Source: Heptranchias perlo (lineage: Eukaryota). Taken from it: a stretch of 64,000 nt of DNA. The stretch spans positions 18,166,001 through 18,230,000 of the forward strand of contig NC_090353.1 in NCBI RefSeq assembly GCF_035084215.1, read 5' to 3'. Position 1 is the stretch's first letter; every line of letters starts with the position of its first letter. The notes under the pieces are model-generated. The model was not told the origin of the DNA. It saw only the letters and a list, made by a program, of their open reading frames with translations, and did no database searches. The translations under genes and the position numbers were made by a program. Shown piece after piece: positions 1 to 12,000 of the stretch.

Positions 1-466
1 CGTCTGCTCTCTGGCTGCTTCGTTAGTGTGATCTGTTACAGATTATGAGGCTGGCACAAGCTCTATTAAAGTCTGCAATGAAGAAAAAACTTACCTGATG
101 GTGGCACAAATGGGGGATGCAGACTCCAGAGTCACACCTGTCAGTTGCTGCACATCTTCAGAGACTGACCTCAGAGCCTGCACTTAGGTATGATGTTTCT
201 CGAACATCTTTCATTTCAGGCTAGCACCCATGAATTCTGGGTCCCAAGCTCCAAAGCCAGGGGCCAACTGCTCCTCAGTCTCCACTGGGAATGTGGCACA
301 TCCTCACCCACTTCCTATTCCTCCAGATCCCTCGTGCTCTGTGAATCCCTGAGTGCCACTTCCTCACGAACACTACCTGATTCCACCAGATGAAAGTATC
401 TGAGCTGGTGCCTGTCAATGAAGAAGCAAGGGGTATGTTCAAAGGGATTGGGGCAAAAGAACAACA

Positions 467-1398
467 TTTTTTTTTATTCGTTCACGGGATGTGGGCGTCG
501 CTGGCGAGGCCAGCATTTATTGCCCATCCTTAATTGCCCTCGAGAAGGTGGTGGTGAGCCGCCTTCTTGAACCGCTGCAGTCCGTGTGGTGACGGTTCTC
601 CCACAGTGCTGTTAGGAAGGGAGTTCCAGGATTTTGACCCAGCGACGATGAAGGAACGGCGATATATTTCCAAGTCGGGATGGTGTGTGACTTGGAGGGG
701 AATGTGCAGGTGGTGTTGTTCCCATGTGCCTGCTGCTCTTGTCCTTCTAGGTGGTAGAGGTCGCGGGTTTGGGAGGTGCTGTCGAAGAAGCCTTGGCGAG
801 TTGCTGCAGTGCATCCTGTGGATGGGTCACACTGCAGCCACAGTGCGCCGGTGGTGAAGGGAGTGAATGTTTAGGGTTGTGGATGGGGTGCCAATCAAGC
901 AAGCTGCTTTATCTTAGATGGTGTCGAGCTTCTTGAGTGTTGTTGGAGCTGCACTCATCCAAGCAAGTGGAGAGTATGCCATCACACTCCTGACTTGTGC
1001 CTTGTAGATGGTGGAAAGGCTTTGGGGAGTCAGGAGTTGAGTCACTCGCCGCAGAATACCCAGCCTCTGACCTGCTCTCGTAGCCACAGTATTTATATGG
1101 CTGGTCCAGTTAAGTTTCTGGTCAATGGTGACCCCCAGGATGTTGATGGTGGGGGATTCGGCGATGGTAATGCCATTGAATGTCAGGGGGAGGTGGTTAG
1201 ACACTCTCTTGTTGGAGATGGTCATTGCCTGGCACTTATCTGGCGCGAATGTTACTTGCCACTTATGAGCCCAAGCCTGGATGTTGTCCAGGTCTTGCTG
1301 CATGCGGGCTCGGACTGCTTCATTATTTGAGGGGTTGCGAATGGAACTGAACACTGTGCAGTCATCAGCGAACATCCCCATTTCTGACCTTATGATGG
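467..1398 (-). mobile_element. 5'-truncated non-LTR retrotransposon (CR1/L2 group) with RT C-terminus and 3' tail
   Basis: The RT fragment reads MFADDCTVF...QQDLDNIQAWA.KWQV.F...LGVTIDQKLNW; a poly(T) tract near 467-477 marks the 3' end. Confidence 0.88.
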
Positions 1399-1736
1399 GC
1401 AAGAGCAAGAGGTCTCTGCAGGAACTCATCGGTGGACTTGAGTCTGCATCTCCATTTTCTTCATCATCATCCTCCTCGTCTTCATCACTATCATCATAGT
1501 TCACAAGGAAGTAGTTGCGTCTCTGTTTCTGTTCCTCCTTCTCCTCATCATTATCATGTAACACATACTCACATACACAGACACACATGCTCACTAAAGG
1601 GGCAGTGACTCTTGTGTCTCTTCTGCTGTGATGGATGTTCAGGAAAGGAGGGTAGAAGCTAAGAATAGTTGAGCATTACCCACTTGGGATTAAGGAGAGA
1701 GCAAATGGGTGGAAGCTTGTGGCTGTGTGATTTTTT

Positions 1737-2400
1737 TTATAGTAGGTACAGCACAGGAGGAGGCCATTCAGCCCATCGTGCCTGTGACGGCTCTTTGAAA
1801 GATCTACCAATTTAGCCTCGTTCCCCTGCTCTTTCTCCATTTCCCTTCAAGTATTTATCCAATTCTCATTTGAAAGTTACTATTGAATCTGCTTCCACCG
1901 ACCTTTCAAGCTGTGCATTCCAGATCATTACAACTCACTGCGTAAAAAAAATGTTTCCTCATGTCACTTTAAATCTGTGTCCTCTGGTTACCAAACCGTC
2001 GGCCACTGGAAACAGTTTCTCCTTATTTACTCTGTCAAAATCGTTGACGATTTTGAACACCTCTATCAAATCTACCCGTAACCTTCTCTGTTTTAAGGAG
2101 AACAACCCCAGCTTCTTGATTCTCTCCACATAACTGACGTCCCTCATCCCTGGCACCATTCTAGTAAATCTCTTCTGCACCCTCTCTAAGGCTTTGACAT
2201 CCTTCCTAAAATGTGGTGCCCAGAATTGAACACAATATTCCAGCTGAGGCCTAACCAGTGTTTTATAAAGGTTTAGCATAACTTCCTTGCTTTTGTACTC
2301 TATGTCTCTATTAATAAAACCCAGGATCCCATATGCTTTTTAACAGCCTTCTCAAATTGTCCTGCCACCTTCAAAGATTTATGTACGTGCACCCCGAGGG
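1737..2400 (-). mobile_element. CR1 (HER1-like) LINE 3' fragment
   Basis: Encodes LYKTLVRPQLEYCVQFWAPH...LERVQKRFTRM...LFSL..RRLR.DLIEVFKI. Confidence 0.9.
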
Positions 2401-3769
2401 TGGTTCTTCACAAGACGACTCACAGAAATGTTCAGACACTAACCTGGCGCCAGCACTAAGTCCCTGACCTCACCCTCTCCCATGGAAAGAGCAGATTCCC
2501 TCTCCATGAGCTCCAAGGCCTGCCTAGGGCACAAGGTGATTCAGATTGGCGATGCCCCCTCTGGTCTCTGGTCTCTAACGGACAATGTGCGCCATTTTCT
2601 TCTGCAAAAATATTGAGTAAACTAGGTAAAGGCTAGAAATTGTGGCATGTATGTCAAGTGACATGGGACAGGTGAAGCAAGAAATGTCATGATATCACCC
2701 TATAAATTGGAGGAAGGGGTCTTAGGGTTGTATATGCAAGTAATTGATGTTAGGGGAGATAAAAAGCCATGCTGTAAGATGCCAAGAGTGCATTGTGGAG
2801 GGTTAGTTATTCAGCTGTTACTTTTAGAGGGTGAAGAGTGTGCTGGTGCCCGAGGATAAAAAGGGAGAGTAACTCGTGAGCTGACCCACGAAATTCTGGT
2901 GCAAACAGCCCTTCATTCCATTGGAAGGAGCAACTCATTTCCCATCGGCCTAAATGCGGTGCAACTCACTGCATTTTGGGGCCTTCACCTTTCGCACCTC
3001 CGCCGCAAAGCCTGGACACCAAGCAGTAAACCCTGACACACACGTATGCACAAACAAGAACACTTATAGTAACACACACTCACATATATACACGCGCACA
3101 GTGACGCACACTCACTAAAGGGGCAGTGTCACTGTGCAAAATGATTAGCTCTGGTCTAGATGACCGGGGGCTGGAGCAGGATCTGAGTAGATTAGTGAGA
3201 CGGGGTTTAGTCCAAATTTAGATTTCAGATTCCAGTGATTGGATTAAATAGCAAGTGACTATTTAAAACAGGTGTCTGTTTATTGAGTGGGTCAGGGATC
3301 TGTTTCCAGCTGTATCTGGTTACCTGTCACTTATACCTGCTGAGCACACCCCAGCATCTGCAGTTAATGGACTGGGCCTCGCTTGGCTGCCCTGTAATGC
3401 TGCCCAATGGCTTTGTTTGGGAATCTCATACTTGGTAAAAGTCTTCATTCTGCAGCAACCCTTGCAATAAAAGCCAGAGTATGGAAAGGTGTGTCAGCTG
3501 CCAAATATCTGTCAGCAGTTTCTCAGAAAGCTGTAAGGGAGGGGCAACTGAGATTTATAAAAGGAAAGGTTAATGTGTCTGAGTGATTCTTAAGTGTTCT
3601 CGGTAAATGAGAGCGAGAGAGAAGGAACCACGTTGCAATGTAAGTGAAAAATTTTATGTTACTTAATAAAAATAAAAAAAGTTCTCACAATTGTGAGTAA
3701 TGTGCCAGTGATTTAATAGGCAACTGTTCAAAGGTTCTATGCTTCACTCCCTTTTAATGTGGCATGTTC

Positions 3770-5300
3770 CATTCCCTGTAAGTGTGACATACACCGTTCC
3801 CTGTGAGTGTGGATTATTCCACTTTATGAATGAGATATCATTCATTGTAAGTGTGGCTTATTTCAGTCCCCGTGAGTGTGGCATATTCCACTCCATGAGC
3901 GCGAGCTATTCCGCTCCCTGCGAGCGAGAGATTCTCCGCTCCCTGCGAGCGAGAGATTCTCCGCTCCCTGCGAGCGAGAGATTCTCCGCTCCCTGCGAGC
4001 GAGAGATTCTCCGCTCCCTGCGAGCCAGAGATTCTCCGCTCCCTGCGAGCCAGAGATTCTCCGCTCCCTGCGAGCGAGAGATTCTCCGCTCCCTGCGAGC
4101 GAGAGATTCTCCGCTCCCTGCGAGCGAGAGATTCTCCGCTCCCTGCGAGCGAGAGATTCTCCGCTCCCTGCGAGCGAGAGATTCTCCGCTCCCTGCGAGC
4201 GAGAGATTCTCCGCTCCCTGCGAGCGAGAGATTCTCCGCTCCCTGCGAGCGAGAGATTCTCCGCTCCCTGCGAGCGAGAGATTCTCCGCTCCCTGCGAGC
4301 GAGAGATTCTCCGCTCCCTGCGAGCGAGAGATTCTCCGCTCCCTGCGAGCGAGAGATTCTCCGCTCCCTGCGAGCGCGACCTATTCCGCTCCCTGCGAGC
4401 GCGACCTATTCCGCTCCCTGCGAGCGCGAGCTATTCCGCTCCCTGCGAGCGCGAGCTATTCCGCTCCCTGCGAGCGCGACCTATTCCGCTCCCTGCGAGC
4501 GCGAGCTATTCCGCTCCCTGCGAGCGCGAGATTCTCCGCTCCCTGCGAGCGCGAGCTATTCCGCTCCCTGCGAGCGCGAGATTCTCCGCTCCCTGCGAGC
4601 GCGAGCTATTCCGCTCCCTGCGAGCGCGAGCTATTCCGCTCCCTGCGAGCGAGAGATTCTCCGCTCCCTGCGAGCGAGAGATTCTCCGCTCCCTGCGAGC
4701 GAGAGATTCTCCGCTCCCTGCGAGCGAGAGATTCTCCGCTCCCTGCGAGCGAGAGATTCTCCGCTCCCTGCGAGCGAGAGATTCTCCGCTCCCTGCGAGC
4801 GCGAGATTCTCCGCTCCCTGCGAGCGCGAGCTATTCCGCTCCCTGCGAGCGCGAGCTATTCCGCTCCCTGCGAGCGAGAGATTCTCCGCTCCCTGTGAGC
4901 GCGACCTATTCCGCTCCCTGTGAGCGGGAGATTCTCTGCTCCCTGTGACCTATTCCGCTCCCTGTGAGCGCGACCTATTCCGCTCCGTGTGAGCGAGAGA
5001 TTCCCCGCTCCCTGTGAGCGAGAGATTCCCCGCTCCCTGTGAGCGTGACCTATTCCGCTCCCTGTGAGCGAGAGATTCTCTGCTCCCTGTGAGCGGGAGA
5101 TTCTCTGCTCCCTGTGAGATATTCTGCTCCCTGTGAGTGTAATATTTTCCATGCTCTGAGTGTGACATACTCTGCTCCTTATGAATGTGATGTATTACAC
5201 ACTCTGTGAGTGTGACATATTCCGCTCCCTGTGAGTGTGACATTCTCATGCTCCCTATGAGTGTGACGTAGTCTGCTCCCTGTGAGTGTGACATACGCCG
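3770..5300. repeat. 25-bp minisatellite CCGCTCCCTGCGAGCGAGAGATTCT (homogeneous core about 3896-4900, degenerate flanks)
   Basis: Tandem units seen directly, with variant CCGCTCCCTGCGAGCGCGAGCTATT. Confidence 0.95.
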
Positions 5301-6021
5301 CTCTGCACCCTCTGAGAAACTCTGATGATTTAATATTCCTATTAATATTTTTGAATCAAAATAAACATTTTTAACTCCGATCTATAAAGAACTACCAGCT
5401 GATTCACAGCACTATGTTGTGTAAACTCTGAGCTCTGCCGATAGTGAACAAAGCAGCACCCTCGGCACAGTCTGTGTGCAAGGCAATGCTTCGAGAGTGC
5501 CGCACCCAGTCACCTTTGAACAGTCAGCTCTATGGATATCTCAGCTGAGGAGCGGGAGATCAAAGTTGGAATTCAGCTCCTCACTCCCGTCCCCTGCACG
5601 AGGGGCTGTGCCTGAACTTGGATTGCAGAGCATGGAGTGTTGATACTGATAGGATCGATAGGTTGTGATAGTGTCACTGGGTACCACAAACTATTCCAGC
5701 ATAGAGTGAGAGAACAACCCCCCCACCACACAGTGACCATAGGGTCTTAGTAATGCTGCTGGGAGATGCAGTCACCTTCTCACAGTAAAGGAAGGAAATG
5801 AGGGGTAAGCGTTGACTGGGCAATTGCAGAGAACCAACAGGTTTCCTCTCCACCCTGTCTGCAGGGCTATGATGCGTGCCACAGGACAAAGAGGAAATAG
5901 AGAGGAGATAATAGTGGATCGATGCAGAGAGTCAGGGAGTGATTCTGTCTGTTAACAGAAAGTGAGAGTTGTCTTTCTCCATCTAGTTGCTGGTTGCTGT
6001 GGATTCACACGTAGGGGCAGA

Positions 6022-6085
6022 ATGAGGTTCCAGCTACTCACCCTAGTCCTGATGGCGACCTTCTTCTACCTGAGCGCTTCTCAAG
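6022..6085 (+). CDS. ccl25: CC chemokine exon 1 (signal peptide)
   Basis: ATG at 6022; hydrophobic MRFQLLTLVLMATFFYLSASQ; donor G|GTGAG at 6085/6086 (phase 1). Confidence 0.85.
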
Positions 6086-9000
6086 GTGAGCGCACACGTG
6101 TTAACTACTACTCAGAGAGGATTCCCTCTTCAATGGTGCATATGGACTTGCAAAAGACGTTTGATAAAGTGCCGCATGGTAGGCTTGTCATCAAGATTGC
6201 GGCCCATGGAAAAAAGGGGGCAGTAGCAACATGGATACAGAATTAGCTAAGTGACAGGAAACAGAGAGTAGTGGTGAACGGTTGTTTTTTGGACTGGAGG
6301 GAGGTGTACAGTGGTGTTCCCCAGGGGTCGGTGCTGGGACCACTGCTTTTCTTAATATATATCAATGACTTGGACTTGGGTGTACAAGGCACAATTTCAA
6401 AATTTGCAGATGACACAAAACTTGGAAGTGTAGTGAACAGTGAGGAGGATAGTGATAGACTTCAAGAGGATATAGACAGGCTGGTGGTATGGGCGGATAC
6501 GTGGCAGATGAAATTTAACTCAGAAAATTACAAAGTGATACATTTTGGTAGGAAGAACGAGGAGAGGCAATATAAACTAGAGGGCACAATTCTAAAAGGG
6601 GTACAGGAATAGAGAGATCTGGGGGTATATGTACACAAATCGTTGAAGTTGGCAGGGCAGGTTGAGAAAGTGGTTAAAAAAGCATACGGGATTCTGGGCT
6701 GTTTAAATAGAGGCATAGAGTAAAAGGTATGGAGGTTATGATGACCTTTATAAAACACTGGTTTGGCCACAACTGGAGTATTGTGTCCAGTTCTGGGCAC
6801 TGCACTTTAGGAAAGATGTGAAGGCCTTAGGGAGGGTGCAGAAGAGATTTACTAGAATGATTTCAGGGATGAGGGACTTTAGTTACGTGGATAGACTGTA
6901 GAAGCTTGGTTGTTCTCCTTGGAACAGAAAAGGTTGCGAGGAGATTTGATAGAGGTATTCAAAATCATGAAGGGTCTAGACAGAGTAGATAGAGAAACTG
7001 TTCCCATTGGCAGAAGGGTCAAGAATCATAGATTTAAGGTGATTGGCAAAAGAACCAAAGGTAACATGAGGAAAAACTTTTTTACACAGCGAGTGTTTAG
7101 GATCGGAATGCACTGCCCGAGGGGGTGGGGGAGGCAGATTCAATCATGGCCTTCAAAAGGGAACTGGATAAGTACTCGAAAGGAAAAAATTTGCAGGGCC
7201 GCAGGGATAGGGCAGAGAAATCCAATTCAGCCAATTACCGCCCCATCAGTATACACTCAATCATCAGCAAAGTGCTGGACAGTGTCGTCAACAGTGCTTT
7301 CAAGCGACACTTACTCACCAATAACCATGCTCGGTTTGGGTTCCGCCAGGACCACTCGGCTCCAGACCTCATTACAGCCTTGGTCCAAACATGGACAAAA
7401 GAGCTGAATTCCAGAGGTGAGGCGAGAGTGACTGCCCTTGACATCAAGGCAGCATTTGACCGAGTGTGGCACCAAGGAGCCCCAGTAAAATTGAAGTCAA
7501 TGGGAATCAGGGGAAAAACTCTCCAATGGCTGGTGTCATACCGAGCACAAAGGAAGATGGTAGTGGTTGTTGGAGGCCAATCATCTCAGCCCCAGGACAT
7601 TCCTGCAGGAGTTCCTCAGGGCAGTGTCCGAGGCCCAACCATCTTCAGCTGCTTCATCAATGACCTTCCCTCCATCATAAGGTCAGAAAAGAGTATGTTC
7701 GCTGATGATTGCACAGTGTTCAGTTCCATTTGCAACCCCTCAGCTATTGAAGCAGTCCGTGTCCGCATGCAGCAAGACCTGGACAACATCCAGGCTTGGG
7801 CTGATAAGTGGCAAGTAACATTCGCGCCAGACAGCTGCCAGGCAATGAACATCTCCAACAAGAGAGAGTCTAACCACCACCTCTTGACATTTAACGGCAT
7901 TACCATCGCCGAATCCCTCACCATCAACATCCTGGGGGTCACCATTGACCAGAAACTTAATTGGACCAGCCACATAAATACTGTGGCTACAAGAGCAGGT
8001 CATAGGCTGACTATTCTGTGGTGAGTGACTCACCTCATGACTCCCCAAAGCCTTTCCATCATCTACAAGGCACAAGTCAGGAGAGTGATGGAATACTCTC
8101 CACTTGCCTGGATGAGTGCAGCTCCAACAACACTCGAGAAGCTCAACACCATCCAGGACAAAACAGCCCGCTTGATTGGCACCCCATCCACCACCCTAAA
8201 CATTCACTCCCTTTACCACTGGCGCACTCTGGCTGCAGTGTGTACCATCTACAGATGCACTGCAGCAACTCGCCAAGGCTTCTTCGACAGTACCTCCAAA
8301 ACCCGCGACCTCTGGTATCTATAAGGACAAGGGCAGCAGGCACAATGGAACAACACCATCAGCATATTCCCCTCCAAGTCACGCACCATCCCGACTTGGA
8401 AATTTATCACCGTTCCTTCATCGTCGCTGGGTCAAAATCCTGGAACTCCCTACCTAATAGCACTGTGGGAGAACCTTCACCACACGGACTGCAGTGTTTC
8501 AAGAAGGCGGCTCACCACCACCTTCTCAAGGGCAATTAGGGATGGGCAATAAATGCTGGCCTTGCCAGCGACGCCCACATCCCATGAACGAATAAAAAAA
8601 AATGGGACTAGCTGGATTGCTCTTGCATAGAGCCGGCGCGGACTCGGTGGGCCGAATGGCTTCCTTCCGTGCTGCAACCTTTCTTTGATTCTATGATTCT
8701 AATAGAAACACGAGAAGGGCATAGATTTTACACTTGTGATGTGGGGAAGTTAGCAACTGTTGTGTGTCCACAGCATATACTGTGCATGTGAGGCTGAGGT
8801 TTCCTGCTTGGACCATTGAAAAGCCTGTCAGTGGACTGAAGGGATTCATTGAATATTGCAGTTAAGGGCAGTGGTCGGGAGTCTGCTATTTCATCCACCT
8901 GTAACAGCGGAGAAGTGGGTAGATTTCTTTTCTTTGCTGCATCTGGGGAATGCTGCGTTCCCTGGCGCAGTGAAGAAGAAATGGGGGTGCAGACAGGTGT

Positions 9001-12000
9001 CTGCAGCACTGCGCTGCCCCAGGATTCCTTGGGGCTCCCTCCAAGGGCAGTATCGGGCCTGCACTTGCCCAGCATTGGCAGGCAAATGGGGCAAGAGGAG
9101 GCGTCTCCACCCCTTCGGCTTCATTTTCCTCTTCGTCCGTCTCTGGTGTCTCCAACCAGAGGTGTACCCCAAAAAGCTGGCAGTGGGGCTTGTGCCGGGA
9201 CCTGCGGAGGTCTCGGGAACACCCCGAAGATCAACGGTTACTATAGGTCGGTAAATTCTTCTTCCCTCCTTCCAACTACGACCAGCTAACTCAGCACCGA
9301 CGCAAACGTTTGTTTAAAATCAGTCGATCAAGTGCTACCCGACGCGGACCCAACAGCAGAAAATCAGCTTCTGTTTCATCACTTTGTTTGCTGCCAGTCT
9401 GAAGCAACCGTGAGACAGAACCACCTGTGACAAAAAAAATAGGATCTTCAGGCCTTGGGGCTTCGTGGCTGCTGTTCTCCAGCAACAGCCAGCAGGCCCT
9501 GTTGCTGGTGAGGCATGAGTGCACCTGTAGGGCTCTCATACCTGCTCCCGGGGGGTAGGCTATGCCTGCCTGGCACCTAGCAGGGGGGCCTAGATTGGCC
9601 CTAATATGTCCCCTGCCATCTGTTCACATTATAGTGCTGATATTGATAGAGGTTAAGGAGACCTTAAATTTACGCTTAGATCCAAATGGCTTGATGTTGA
9701 AGTTCCTTTTTTTAAAAATCACTTTAGTTCCGATTTTCTGCTCTTCCCACCCAAAGGCACTGACTTATTTGTGCTGTGATACAGTTCCGTTCGCCATTCC
9801 TCACAATTCCTTTTGTGTGAGCCTAGTCAGTTAGTGTGGGCAGGCTATTTAACCAAATAAAACATCACAGCCTAGGCAAGTTTGAGCTTGTCCTCATCTG
9901 ACATCCACACAGGAGCACCTTCCAGCGAGGATTGATTAAGACCCAAACACCTGGCTGATTTTTCTCCTCCCTAGCCCAGCAGCACTGAAGGCCGCTTGTA
10001 GCTCCCCAACTGTTGCTTCAACAACTGACCAACTAACTCGGCACTGACACAAACGTTTGTTTAAAAATCAGTCAATCAAGTGCCACCTGACACAACAGCA
10101 AAGGGACCACTTCCTCCGCGACACCCTGGTCCACTCTTCCATCACCCCCAACACCCACTCTCCTCCCCACGGCACCTTCCCATGTGAGCGCAGGAGATGC
10201 AACACCTGCCCCTTCACCTCCTCCCTTCCCACTGTCCAGGCTCCCAAACACTCCTTCCAGATAAAACAGCTGTTTACTTGTACTTCTTTCAATTTGTTAT
10301 ATTGCAACCGCTGCATAATGCGGTCTCCTCTACATCGGGGAGACCAAACACAGACTGGGTGATCGCTTTGCTGAACACCTCCGCTCTGTCCGCAATCGTG
10401 ACCCTGACCTGCCGTCGCTTGCCATTCTAATTCCCCTTCCCACTCCCTCTCTGACCCTCTCTGTCCTCGGCCTCTTACACTGTTCCAATGAAGCTCAACG
10501 TAAGCTCGAGGAACAGCACCTCATCTTTCGTTTAGGCACTTTACAAGCTTCCGGACTCAACATTGATTTCAATAACTTCAGATCATAACCACTGCTCCCA
10601 TTTTTTCGGTCAGCTAGTGCTGGTAATGGTTCTGCTGCTGCCATTTACAGCTAATTCTGATCAATCTTTTGTCTCGTAACCTGTCCCACTACCACCCTCC
10701 TTGCCTTGCATCATCATCCCTTTTGTCCTTTAATCACATGTGCCCCCTACCCTATCACAGACCTTCCCATTTGTTCTTTCCTCCCCCCATCTCCCTCAGC
10801 CACCCCCCCACCCCCCCCCCCGCTTTCCCTGACTCTACTTGCTCAAAAACTTTAACTCTTTTAACATCTTCTGATGAAAGGTCTTCGACCTGAAACGTTA
10901 ACTCTGTTTCTTTCGCCACAGATGCTGCCTCACTTGCTGAGCTTCTCCAGCATTTTCTGCTTTTATTATAACAGAAAATCACTGTTTCACCACTTTGTTT
11001 ACTGCCAGTCCGAAGCGGCCGTGAGACAGAACCACGTGTGGTGAAAAAAAATAGGATGTTTGTCTTGCAGGCTGAAATCTCTGACTATTGGTTTAAAAAC
11101 AATAGTAGCAGTTTCAAAATGGAAGTCTGGCTGTGAGAAAGGGCAGATTAAAGAATTAGTTAAGATAAAGGTTTATTTGGGCGTAACCTGAATTGTATTG
11201 TATACTGTTTAGGGTTTGAGCAGGTGCAGGGCTCTTAGATTTTAGATCCCATACAATGTAGGATTTTAAAAAAACAATTTAAATCTCCCACTTTGCCTAG
11301 TGTCATCAATCACTCTGCAATCAATTGCACTAGATAAGATGACCTTCTAAAGGTTAAATTCCCCCGCTTCATTATCTTTGCAACCCTGAACTCCCAGTGT
11401 TGCTATGGTGCAAATGATTGGAGGTACACCACAGTACGTATTCCTGTCATTTGCTTCTCAGTCTGCTCACCCACCTTTGGACAGGTGTACTGTGTGCTCA
11501 ATGTCGCCTCTGGTGGGGAAGTGGCATTACTGCAGATCTGCCCTTGTGTGTATTCAACATCTCATTGGCATTCCACTGGATTGTCTTCCTGTTATTGTGA
11601 GTTGATGTTGTAAATGTCGAAGTGATTGTCCCTTTGATCTTAATTGATTGACAGCACTATTTTCAAAGGAATGAAAAGATATGAAAATTTATCAGCAGTA
11701 GACCACTTTGTAACTGTTGATCTTATTTATTTGCAATTAAAAATAATTCATAAACAAAAATAATGCAGGCAAAGTATTAAGTAATCCAGTACGTGTATAA
11801 GAGAACTGGAAACGGTCCCCACAATGCTAATATATCCTTCTCAATTCTTTTATTTGTTTCTGGGATATGGGCAATGCTGGCATGGCAACATTTATTGCCC
11901 ATCACTAGTTGCCCTGGGGGCTTTTAGAGTCAACCATGAAGTGTGGGACTGGAGCCACAGGTAAGCCAGACTGGGTTTGGGTAGCAGGCTCCCTTCCTGA

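Noticed and set aside
914-1594. 226-aa ORF with an acidic N-terminus fused to RT
   Set aside because: Chance read-through from flanking low-complexity sequence into a 5'-truncated LINE.
3739-4923. 394-aa and 340-aa ORFs
   Set aside because: They are translations of a stop-free 25-bp minisatellite; both frames give the same periodic peptide.
5962-6246. 94-aa ORF as a single-exon gene
   Set aside because: It is chemokine exon 1 read through into an intronic CR1 RT fragment.
7125-8324. Long RT ORFs as an active retrotransposon
   Set aside because: The element is 5'-truncated, has no endonuclease domain and has an in-frame stop at 8022-8024.
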